Below are positions 28,482 through 35,797 of a DNA stretch of 64,000 bases, one piece after another. Source of the DNA: a virus; IMG/VR virus record IMGVR_UViG_3300045988_115146. One strand, 5' to 3'. Position 1 is the first letter of the stretch, and each line of letters opens with the position of its first letter. The notes under the pieces were generated by a model. The model did no database searches. It was given only the letters and a program-made list of their open reading frames with translations, and was not told the origin of the DNA. The position numbers and the translations under genes are program-made.

Positions 28482-29908
28482 TAACTATAACTATCAAGAA
28501 CTGTAATGTTTGTGAGATTTCTGGCCCAGCTAAATTCACAAATAAATTATATGAGGCTTTCAGGATCAAGCATCCTGATGCCTGGCATATATTGATGTAT
28601 AGCAGGGCAAAGAATTGGGATGGGTATGTAAAATATATCTCAGATTATGGTCAATTCAAGATAGGCCTACTGAATAAGGTTTATAATGAATGCTGTAAAA
28701 TGGGACAAAAAGTAAAAATTATAGATAATAGACCCCCGTTAGGAATTAAACCAGTAATTCCAGATGTACTGGGAGATAAAAATCTACGGGAAGTACAAAA
28801 AGAAGCTCTAGAAAAGATACTAAATAATCGTGTAGGGGATACTCCTTTCCTGATTTGTGCATCAGACCTGGCTGTAAATTTTGGTAAGACCCTTATATTT
28901 TGTGGGTTACATCAAGCCTTCAATAGGAAATTGAAAACTGTGTTGTTATTAAACAGTGCAGATTTGTTTAAGCAATTCAAAAAGGAGATTCCAGAGTTGT
29001 TACCAGGTGAAAAGATTGCATTTATCCAAGGTAGTAAATGTAATGATTGGGGTAACTTCAATGTGTGCATGGTACAGTCATTATCGTCTAACATAAAACG
29101 GTACCAAAGATTCCTATCAGAAATTGATATGGTATTAATAGATGAGGCTGATGTCATAGATAACAAAACCTATAAAACCGTAATACAGCACTTATACAAC
29201 TCTAGAATACGAATTGGATTGAGTGGTACAATTTACATGAGTGACCAGAAGAAGAAATTGATACATAACCTAAATATCATGTCTTTCATTGGTGATAAAG
29301 TTAACCAAGTAAAACTGGTTGATATGATAGAGAAAGGATATTCTACTCCCATCACCTGTAAACTGGTATATGCTCCCTTTAAGTATTCTAAAGAAGTTGA
29401 CTATCCAACAGAATACAAAGAAGTGATATGTGATAACAAAGAAGCTTGGAAGTTTTCTCTTGATCGTACAAGATACAATCTGAAGAGAAAAAGATTGCCA
29501 GCTCTTATTGTATGTAAGTTCATTGACCATTGTGAAAATCTTTACAAGTATTACGTTAAACATCTTGGAAATGATTACAGTATACAATATGTACATCATA
29601 AGACAAAAGGGCGTGATAAAATTCTACAAGATTTCAGGGAAGGGAGAATTGATGTGCTAATTGCTACTACAATCATTTCTAGAGGTCAAAATTTCCCTGA
29701 ATTGAAATATCTTCAGAATACTGCATCAATGGATTCTAATGAAAAATCGATACAGATATTGGGACGTCTTGCAAGAACTCACATGAATAAGAAGAAGGCA
29801 TATCTTGATGACCTTCAATTCCCTGGTCATTACCTTAAGAGGCATGGCAATCATAGAAAAACGTATTATCAGAAAGAAAATTTAAAGGTAATCAAGGTGG
29901 AGGGATAA
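28478..29908 (+). CDS. superfamily 2 DEAD/DEAH-type helicase (UvsW / type III Res-like)
   Basis: The motifs seen are AVNFGKT (I), LIDEAD (II), GLSGT (III), ATTIISRGQNFP (V) and QILGRLAR (VI). Confidence 0.75.
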   Translation: MITITIKNCNVCEISGPAKFTNKLYEAFRIKHPDAWHILMYSRAKNWDGYVKYISDYGQFKIGLLNKVYNECCKMGQKVKIIDNRPPLGIKPVIPDVLGDKNLREVQKEALEKILNNRVGDTPFLICASDLAVNFGKTLIFCGLHQAFNRKLKTVLLLNSADLFKQFKKEIPELLPGEKIAFIQGSKCNDWGNFNVCMVQSLSSNIKRYQRFLSEIDMVLIDEADVIDNKTYKTVIQHLYNSRIRIGLSGTIYMSDQKKKLIHNLNIMSFIGDKVNQVKLVDMIEKGYSTPITCKLVYAPFKYSKEVDYPTEYKEVICDNKEAWKFSLDRTRYNLKRKRLPALIVCKFIDHCENLYKYYVKHLGNDYSIQYVHHKTKGRDKILQDFREGRIDVLIATTIISRGQNFPELKYLQNTASMDSNEKSIQILGRLARTHMNKKKAYLDDLQFPGHYLKRHGNHRKTYYQKENLKVIKVEG

Positions 29909-29909
29909 T

Positions 29910-30073
29910 ACGCACGCGTATGCGTATATACTTACCTGTATATCTCTATTAGTATTTTAGTATACTAAAATACTAATAGAGGTTTATATAGCTAAAGCTA
30001 TATAAACTTATACTTTCTATACTTACTTTAGTAAGTCTTTAAGCTAAAGCTTAATAATGCGCACGCACGCATA
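29910..30073. repeat. compound palindromic intergenic region flanked by CGCACGC boxes (candidate origin or regulatory hub)
   Basis: Four palindromes lie at 29944-29981, 29982-30007, 30021-30036 and 30039-30054. GC-rich boxes acgcacgcgtatgcgta (29910-29926) and tgcgcacgcacgcata (30058-30073) flank them. Confidence 0.7.
29944..29981. repeat. perfect 38-bp palindrome
   Basis: ctctattagtattttagta | tactaaaatactaatagag, verified base by base. Confidence 0.95.
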
Positions 30074-30165
30074 AGGGATTGCCTGAAAGTTAGTGCATAT
30101 ACTATTCTACATCAATGAAACAGAAAAACCTATTAACTATTGAATGATATCAAACACTCGAATAT

Positions 30166-30567
30166 ATGGCTAAGAAAAAGAAAGACAAACTTAAAGATGC
30201 CAGGGAAGAATTAGAATCAGGTGATATCCTTGAACCAATGGATATTTCTAAGTTGGGAACAAACGGAGATGTATGCTTTGGTAAGCATTATGATCTTTCA
30301 ACCAAGGAATGCAAGATGTGCGGGGATTCCGAATTATGTTGTATCAAGTTCACAGATCTAATGGGTAAGACCAGAAAGGAATTAGAAGCTGATACCCAAT
30401 ACAAGGATTTGGAACCTTTGATTGATATGGCAGGTTGCAAGAAGTATTACCGTAAATTGGTAAGGGATAAACTTGGTAAGAGAGAAATACTTGATAAGCT
30501 TCAGAGTAGGTTTGAATTATCACGTAAAGAAGCAAGAGACTTATACCGTAAATTTAACAGTAAATAA
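30166..30567 (+). CDS. hypothetical K/E-rich protein with a Cys cluster
   Basis: 133 aa; CFGKHYDLSTKECKMCGDSELCC. Confidence 0.45.
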   Translation: MAKKKKDKLKDAREELESGDILEPMDISKLGTNGDVCFGKHYDLSTKECKMCGDSELCCIKFTDLMGKTRKELEADTQYKDLEPLIDMAGCKKYYRKLVRDKLGKREILDKLQSRFELSRKEARDLYRKFNSK

Positions 30568-30568
30568 C

Positions 30569-31144
30569 ATGATTCAATTAGAGTTCACAAAGATTCGGGA
30601 GGTTAAATCCCCCAACCGAGCAAACGAAGGGGATGCAGGTTTAGATTTCTATATCCCTAAGTTATCAGAAAAGGATATACTAAGGGTGGGGGAAAAAGAT
30701 TTACGTGATATGGTTGGTATCAACCGTAAGATGTATAGTAAAGGTTATATCAAGTTCAATGGTATGGGAACTGATGATCTTTATGTAATCGTTAAACCTC
30801 ATGGAAGGTTGCTTATTCCATCAGGTATAAAGGTACTGATCAATCCCAAAGAGTCTATGCTAATGGCAGCAAACAAATCTGGGGTTGCTACTAAAGATGG
30901 GTTGACATTCACTGCAGAGATTGTGGATAGTCCATATACTGGTGAAATGCACATAGGTATACAAAATAATTCACCTGAAGAAGTATGGATACCTCTTCAA
31001 CAGGATAAGAAGATAATGCAGTTCATACATGTTCCAATCCTACTTTCAAATCCCATAGAGATACCTAATGAGGAGTATGAAGAGAAAGCAAAGGACTGGG
31101 GAACAAGAGGAGACAAAGGATTTGGTGCACACGATAACAAATAA
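30569..31144 (+). CDS. dut: trimeric dUTP diphosphatase
   Basis: The ANEGDAGLDFYIP motif and beta-rich sequence fit dUTPase, and the C-terminus ends GDKGFG. ATG at 30569 directly follows the upstream stop, so the track start at 30473 is an overlapping upstream extension. Confidence 0.75.
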   Translation: MIQLEFTKIREVKSPNRANEGDAGLDFYIPKLSEKDILRVGEKDLRDMVGINRKMYSKGYIKFNGMGTDDLYVIVKPHGRLLIPSGIKVLINPKESMLMAANKSGVATKDGLTFTAEIVDSPYTGEMHIGIQNNSPEEVWIPLQQDKKIMQFIHVPILLSNPIEIPNEEYEEKAKDWGTRGDKGFGAHDNK

Positions 31145-31148
31145 GAAG

Positions 31149-32060
31149 ATGGACTCGAGGGACATAATTCAGGAACCTGGTATCATACCCGGTGATAAGT
31201 ATTTGGAAGAGATATACTCTATGCAAAAAGAACTGTTATCTGGTTATATAGGCATAGAGGGATTACCACAATACCCAATAGACATAAATACTAAGGCATC
31301 ACAATCCTTGTTGAAGGATTTCACTGCTAGAGTGGTAGAGGAATTATCAGAGGGATATGAATCATTCCAAGCTATCAGTGAAAGTATGAGTAAAAATCAT
31401 TGGAAGTTAGCTAATGGTAATTGTGAAGACTCAATCTACATTGAATTGTTAAACAATCTTCAAAATGCCAATGAAGAGAATGCAGATGCAATACACTTCT
31501 TTGTAGAGTTGCTAATATATGCAAATGTAGGTCCAGATGACATTATGTCATATATGGAGAAGTATGCTAAGGATAATCACTTCAATAAGATTGAAATTGA
31601 TAGTTTCAATGAAATGAGAGGTGATGTATTATATACTGCTCAGAATATGGGAGTGAAATGGTTGATGGATGAGGGTAATATTGATGTTACACTTAATCAT
31701 CAAAAGATAGATCTCTTAAAGTGGTATGAGAATAAAGATAGTGGATCTTTACCTGAATACAACATAAACTTATTAGTTGGTGGTAGGATGTATAACTATG
31801 AGGACTATGAAATTCAATATCCATACATACTGTGGAAGATAACCCATCACCTTAACATTGCTCGTAACTTTTTGAAGAATAAGCCTTGGAAGCAATCTCA
31901 GGTAATGACTCAAGAGTTAAAGTACCAGGCTGAATTAGTGAAGGCATTCATATATTTCTGTGGATACCTTGGATGGATAGGTATGGATTCAAAGGAAGTA
32001 TTCTACATCTACTTCAAAAAGAATCACATTAATATGTTCCGTCAAAAGTCGAAGTATTAA
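31149..32060 (+). CDS. all-alpha NTP pyrophosphohydrolase (dimeric dUTPase / MazG / dCTPase-like)
   Basis: FTARVVEELSEGYES (ExxE) and NANEENADAIHFFVELL (EExxD) are typical of dimeric dUTPase/MazG-type enzymes. The likely start is ATG 31149 (MDSRD). Confidence 0.5.
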   Translation: MDSRDIIQEPGIIPGDKYLEEIYSMQKELLSGYIGIEGLPQYPIDINTKASQSLLKDFTARVVEELSEGYESFQAISESMSKNHWKLANGNCEDSIYIELLNNLQNANEENADAIHFFVELLIYANVGPDDIMSYMEKYAKDNHFNKIEIDSFNEMRGDVLYTAQNMGVKWLMDEGNIDVTLNHQKIDLLKWYENKDSGSLPEYNINLLVGGRMYNYEDYEIQYPYILWKITHHLNIARNFLKNKPWKQSQVMTQELKYQAELVKAFIYFCGYLGWIGMDSKEVFYIYFKKNHINMFRQKSKY

Positions 32061-32061
32061 T

Positions 32062-33051
32062 ATGAACATAGTAAAGAGCAATAGGCCAGTAGATGCTTGG
32101 GAGCAAATACTTGAAAATTTTTTGGTTAAGAAACCAGAATGGTTTAGTGAAGGGATAGGGTATAACTTAACCGATTCATTATTCACTTATGATCTGGTAG
32201 TAGAGATATCAGAAGCTAAGTTTGATCCAGAATTTGATTTTGGTAAGTTATTTGGATATACAGCTACTAAGTGGACTGGATTAATAACTAATTACCTTGA
32301 TCTTGATATTCTTGATCAGGCAAAGTTAATGATAAGGAAGTTAGAGGAGAATAAGGCAGTAAATAGGAATTATCACATCGGTTTCCATTTTGCTGACAAT
32401 CATGGCAGTGGAAAAGGATGCTTGGTTGGAGGTATATTCTCCCGTAAGATTGGGGTTGATAATCCTGAGGTAACAGTAATCATACGTTCATCCGAAGTAG
32501 TTACAAGGTTGCCAATAGACATGTTGCTGTTCTGTCGTATGGGACAGTACATTTATGGTCATGATAATTTTTCATTGAAGTTAGTTATCAAGGCTGCTTG
32601 GGCAAATGATACTACCATACTTCTATATCAGAATATAAAGGACTTAAAAGAGTTCTTGAAAGAAAACTGTAATGATGAGGCTCGTAGGAAAAAGATACGT
32701 AAGTCACTGAAAAAATTAATGACAAGTGATGAGGCTAGTTATAAAACCTATGGCAACAGTTTTAGAGCTTTCAAAGTACTTAGGAAAGATTTAGGATATA
32801 AGCAAAAATCAATGTTGGCCTCTGACTTAGAAATTGGAGATTGGGATGGAATTCCATTACCAGAGGTATGTCCATCAATTCTAAAGCGTAACATGATAAA
32901 GAAGACATATCTTAAGTTCACAGAGAAGTATGGCCTTAAACTAAAGTTGGAAGAGAATACAGAGAAGAAAAAGAAAAAGTTGATATCATTCTCTTCACCT
33001 GATGAAGATGATATGGATGATAACGAACCAATAGCTGAGGCTAATGAGTAA
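32062..33051 (+). CDS. divergent thymidylate-synthase-fold protein, paralog A
   Basis: NRNYHIGFHF...GKGCLVGGIFSRK...VTVIIRSSEVVTRLPIDMLLFCRMGQY parallels the ThyA segments sRR.i.s / PC.. / RS.D. It is clearly paralogous to the next ORF (DPEFDFGKLFGYTATKWTGLITNYLD versus DPEFDFGRHFNYTSAKWKSLIANYID). Confidence 0.4.
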   Translation: MNIVKSNRPVDAWEQILENFLVKKPEWFSEGIGYNLTDSLFTYDLVVEISEAKFDPEFDFGKLFGYTATKWTGLITNYLDLDILDQAKLMIRKLEENKAVNRNYHIGFHFADNHGSGKGCLVGGIFSRKIGVDNPEVTVIIRSSEVVTRLPIDMLLFCRMGQYIYGHDNFSLKLVIKAAWANDTTILLYQNIKDLKEFLKENCNDEARRKKIRKSLKKLMTSDEASYKTYGNSFRAFKVLRKDLGYKQKSMLASDLEIGDWDGIPLPEVCPSILKRNMIKKTYLKFTEKYGLKLKLEENTEKKKKKLISFSSPDEDDMDDNEPIAEANE

Positions 33052-33829
33052 GTTAAAAGTAAAGAATAACCTGTTAGTGTTCCGAAATAGCATGAAAGCT
33101 TGGGAGGGGCTTAACAGGTTATTCTTATTCAATATTCCCGGTTTGGATATTGAAAGAATTGGTAAAGCTCAATATATAAATGATTTGGTTATTTATATTA
33201 AAGAACCTCTAGTAGACCCGGAATTTGATTTTGGAAGGCACTTTAATTATACATCTGCTAAATGGAAATCTTTGATAGCTAATTATATAGATGAGAATTC
33301 AATGATTGATCTGAGACAAGAAGTGGTGAGATCATTGAATTCAAGAAAGATTTTCAACATAGGGTATCAGTTTGATAATAAGCATGCACATGGAAAGAAT
33401 TGTTTATTATCATTGACAGTATCAAAGAAAGCTGGTATGGATTATCCCATGATAACGGTATTCATGAGGGCTTCTGAAGTAACTAAAAGACTAATATGTG
33501 ATCTTTTATTAATACAAAGAATTGGTGAATACATATTCACTGGGGATAAATTCTGTATATCAATACACTTTAGTCAGATATTCAATGATGATACGGTATT
33601 ATTGATGTACCATGCTCATGAGGATCTATTAAAGCTTAGTGATAGAATTGGTATATATGATAGTAATTGGTATGATAGGCTGAAGTATCTACTAAAAGTA
33701 GATCCCGATAAGATAAAGTATAAGGTACATAAAAGAGCATTGAAAGTACTTAGGCCAGAATTGTTTAAGTATCCTAAAACTCTGGCCAAGGATTGTACAC
33801 TGGGTAATGAAGACTGGCTACCTTTCTAA
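33044..33829 (+). CDS. divergent thymidylate-synthase-fold protein, paralog B
   Basis: SRKIFNIGYQF...GKNCLLSLTVSKK...ITVFMRASEVTKRLICDLLLIQRIGEY. It is a tandem paralog of 32062-33051. Confidence 0.4.
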   Translation: MSKLKVKNNLLVFRNSMKAWEGLNRLFLFNIPGLDIERIGKAQYINDLVIYIKEPLVDPEFDFGRHFNYTSAKWKSLIANYIDENSMIDLRQEVVRSLNSRKIFNIGYQFDNKHAHGKNCLLSLTVSKKAGMDYPMITVFMRASEVTKRLICDLLLIQRIGEYIFTGDKFCISIHFSQIFNDDTVLLMYHAHEDLLKLSDRIGIYDSNWYDRLKYLLKVDPDKIKYKVHKRALKVLRPELFKYPKTLAKDCTLGNEDWLPF

Positions 33830-33873
33830 GAAAGGGAAGTCTATTGAATTGCAAACATAAAAAAATTATAACC

Positions 33874-34644
33874 ATGAGAATATATTCAAATCCCTACGAA
33901 TTGATGTCTGAGACTGCCCGTAATATATGGGAGATGGGTACAGAGGTAAAACCAAAAACTTACCAAAACAAAGTAATAGAAGGCAAAGATGAGTTCATAA
34001 CTAAAGAGCTTATTTGTGAACAATATTGCTTAACTCACATGGATGATCCATCTCCATTATTTGTATTTACCAAATCTAAAGATTGGGCAGATGCCGAATT
34101 TAAAGAGAGAATTAGTGGAGTAATGGAAAATCCAGGTAAAGCTTGGGAATTACGTAAAGATATCTGGGAAGAGTTCTTAGTAAATGGGTTCTTTGATTAT
34201 ACCTATGCTGAACGTATGAATGAGACAGTTTCATATAAAGGCAAGGCATTTTCTAAAATAGGAGCAATTATAGAGTTGTTAAAAACAGACAACGATACTA
34301 GAAAAGCCATACTAAATATATATGGTGAGGATGGTTTTAATGAGGATTGTGATTCAAACTATCTTGGTGGTGAACATAGAATACCATGTTCAATGTATTA
34401 TGATTTCCTTATCCGGGAGAATGCCAGAGGAGAAAAGCAATTAAATATTTGCTATCACCAAAGATCATCCGATTTTGTAACTCATTTCGGAAATGATGTA
34501 TATTTGGCATGGAGACTGATGGAATATGTAGCTAGTGAAGTAGGAATTAAACCTGGATATTTATATCAAACTATTGATAGTTTGCATAGCTATAAAAAAG
34601 ATTGGGTAAAGTTAAAGACATCAATCCAAACTGAATTGAGATAA
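33874..34644 (+). CDS. ThyA-family enzyme (thymidylate synthase or dNMP hydroxymethylase/methylase)
   Basis: TRKAILNIYG...RIPCSMYYDFLIR...LNICYHQRSSDFVTHFGNDVYLAWRLMEYVA aligns without gaps to the ThyA segments PCH..QF and [20 protein letters not shown]. The track start at 33844 is TTG; ATG 33874 is likelier. Confidence 0.7.
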   Translation: MRIYSNPYELMSETARNIWEMGTEVKPKTYQNKVIEGKDEFITKELICEQYCLTHMDDPSPLFVFTKSKDWADAEFKERISGVMENPGKAWELRKDIWEEFLVNGFFDYTYAERMNETVSYKGKAFSKIGAIIELLKTDNDTRKAILNIYGEDGFNEDCDSNYLGGEHRIPCSMYYDFLIRENARGEKQLNICYHQRSSDFVTHFGNDVYLAWRLMEYVASEVGIKPGYLYQTIDSLHSYKKDWVKLKTSIQTELR

Positions 34645-34648
34645 CCTC

Positions 34649-34723
34649 ATGGGTAATGGTATGTTTTGAATGGTGTCCTATCTGAGAATTGAGATTAAAG
34701 CTAAATAAATTACCATTACCCAT
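34649..34723. repeat. 13-bp inverted repeat with a 49-nt spacer, upstream of the tRNA cluster
   Basis: atgggtaatggta (34649-34661) pairs with taccattacccat (34711-34723). Confidence 0.8.
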
Positions 34724-34727
34724 CTTT

Positions 34728-34804
34728 GGGCCCATAGCTCAGTTGGTAAGAGCAGCGGACTCATAATCCGAAGGTCGGGGGTTCAAGCCCCTCTGGGCCC
34801 ACCA
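34728..34804 (+). tRNA. tRNA-Met (anticodon CAT; could be an Ile2-type if lysidinylated), CCA encoded
   Basis: The cloverleaf was folded by hand: acceptor gggccca/tgggccc, T-arm ggggg-ttcaagc-ccctc, anticodon loop ctCATaa (CAT at 34762-34764). Confidence 0.85.
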
Positions 34805-34903
34805 AAGATTTTCTCTTATTTTCTTATTTTGTGCGTGGACAATACAAACAGTCCTGGTAAATTCGAAGGTACTAGACAGTAGTGATACAGGCTAGTACCA
34901 ATT

Positions 34904-34978
34904 ACGGGAGTAGCACAGTCAGGTTAGTGTACTTGCTTTGGGAGCAAGTGGTCGCAGGTTCGAATCCTGTCTCCCGTA
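34904..34978 (+). tRNA. tRNA-Pro (anticodon TGG)
   Basis: Acceptor acgggag/ctcccgt, anticodon stem cttgc/gcaag with loop ttTGGga, T-loop ttcgaat. Confidence 0.8.
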
Positions 34979-34991
34979 CATATTAGTAAAG

Positions 34992-35074
34992 GCTCGGATG
35001 GAGAAATAGGTAAACTCATCAGATTTAAGCTCTGACGGTCATTGACCTTGCGGGTTCGACTCCCGCTCCGAGTA
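34992..35074 (+). tRNA. tRNA-Leu (anticodon TAA), class II with a long variable arm
   Basis: Acceptor gctcgga/tccgagt, anticodon stem tcaga/tctga with loop ttTAAgc, variable arm cggtcattgaccttg, T-arm gcggg-ttcgact-cccgc. Confidence 0.8.
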
Positions 35075-35098
35075 CATAGTATCAAATACTCTTGTCTT

Positions 35099-35797
35099 AT
35101 GAATGATGTTATAATTACCATGGCTGGAAAGGGTACAAGAACAAATAAAGAAGTACCCAAACAATTCTTAAAAGTATCACAAGATAAATACCTATTTGAA
35201 ATCTCATTAGATAAATTTATACGTACTGGATGCTATCGTAAGATAGTTCTTGTTGTGAATCCAGAGTATGTAGAGTGGGTAAAAAATAGAATATCTAATA
35301 ACTATCCAGGTAAATTAGGCAGATTAATCACAGTAATACCAGGTGGTGATACTGCACAACACTCGAGAATCTTAGGATTTGAAAGCTTATTAACAGATGA
35401 GGAATCACTTTGGCCAAATACAGTTACTTTCCATGATGGTGTAAGAGTTGGTTTCGATGAAAATCTACTAACATTCATGATTAATAATTGTAGGTTTAAT
35501 AGCACTGCATATGTACCGTATATTCCAGCAACTGGTACATTAAGATTAGATTCTGATAAGGTAGTATATACTAAGGATAAGTACATGAGGCTTCAGACTC
35601 CCATGGTATTTCCATTTTACCAATTCTATGGATGTTATAATAAGGCAAAAGATAAGGGTATAGAATACCAAACAGCTTCTGATTTGTATGAAGACAACAG
35701 TGGTTTAGTGAACTATGTAATGGGTAATAGATTGAACTTCAAGGTAACTTTCGCAGAAGATATTGATGTAGTAAGATTATTATACAATCATGAATAA
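35099..35797 (+). CDS. IspD/TarI-family cytidylyltransferase (CDP-alcohol synthase)
   Basis: The N-terminus is [23 protein letters not shown] (compare AAG.G.R......PKQ.L), followed by HDGVRV and LQTPMVF. The true ATG is 35099, because the track start at 35042 lies inside tRNA-Leu. Confidence 0.75.
   Translation: MNDVIITMAGKGTRTNKEVPKQFLKVSQDKYLFEISLDKFIRTGCYRKIVLVVNPEYVEWVKNRISNNYPGKLGRLITVIPGGDTAQHSRILGFESLLTDEESLWPNTVTFHDGVRVGFDENLLTFMINNCRFNSTAYVPYIPATGTLRLDSDKVVYTKDKYMRLQTPMVFPFYQFYGCYNKAKDKGIEYQTASDLYEDNSGLVNYVMGNRLNFKVTFAEDIDVVRLLYNHE

Noticed and set aside
29910-30073. Protelomerase (telRL-type) hairpin-telomere site, or a MITE with CGCACGC target-site duplications
   Set aside because: No protelomerase or transposase gene is visible in the window. 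The region has no terminal inverted repeats directly inside the CGCACGC boxes. The palindromes are several short independent units, not one long dyad. An origin or regulatory role seems more economical, but none of these is excluded.
30473-30568. Upstream extensions of the dUTPase ORF (track start 30473) and of the next ORF (track start 31068)
   Set aside because: Both extensions overlap the preceding gene by about 80-95 nt. In-frame ATGs at 30569 and 31149 directly follow the upstream stop codons and give normal family N-termini.
34805-34903. A fourth tRNA or pseudo-tRNA between tRNA-Met and tRNA-Pro (it contains attcgaagg, a T-loop-like string)
   Set aside because: No acceptor stem, D-arm or anticodon stem could be folded around it. 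Only an 8-bp hairpin is present.
35042-35098. Upstream extension of the cytidylyltransferase ORF (track start 35042)
   Set aside because: The extension starts inside tRNA-Leu (34992-35074) and uses a non-ATG start. The family N-terminus ([11 protein letters not shown]) begins right after ATG 35099.
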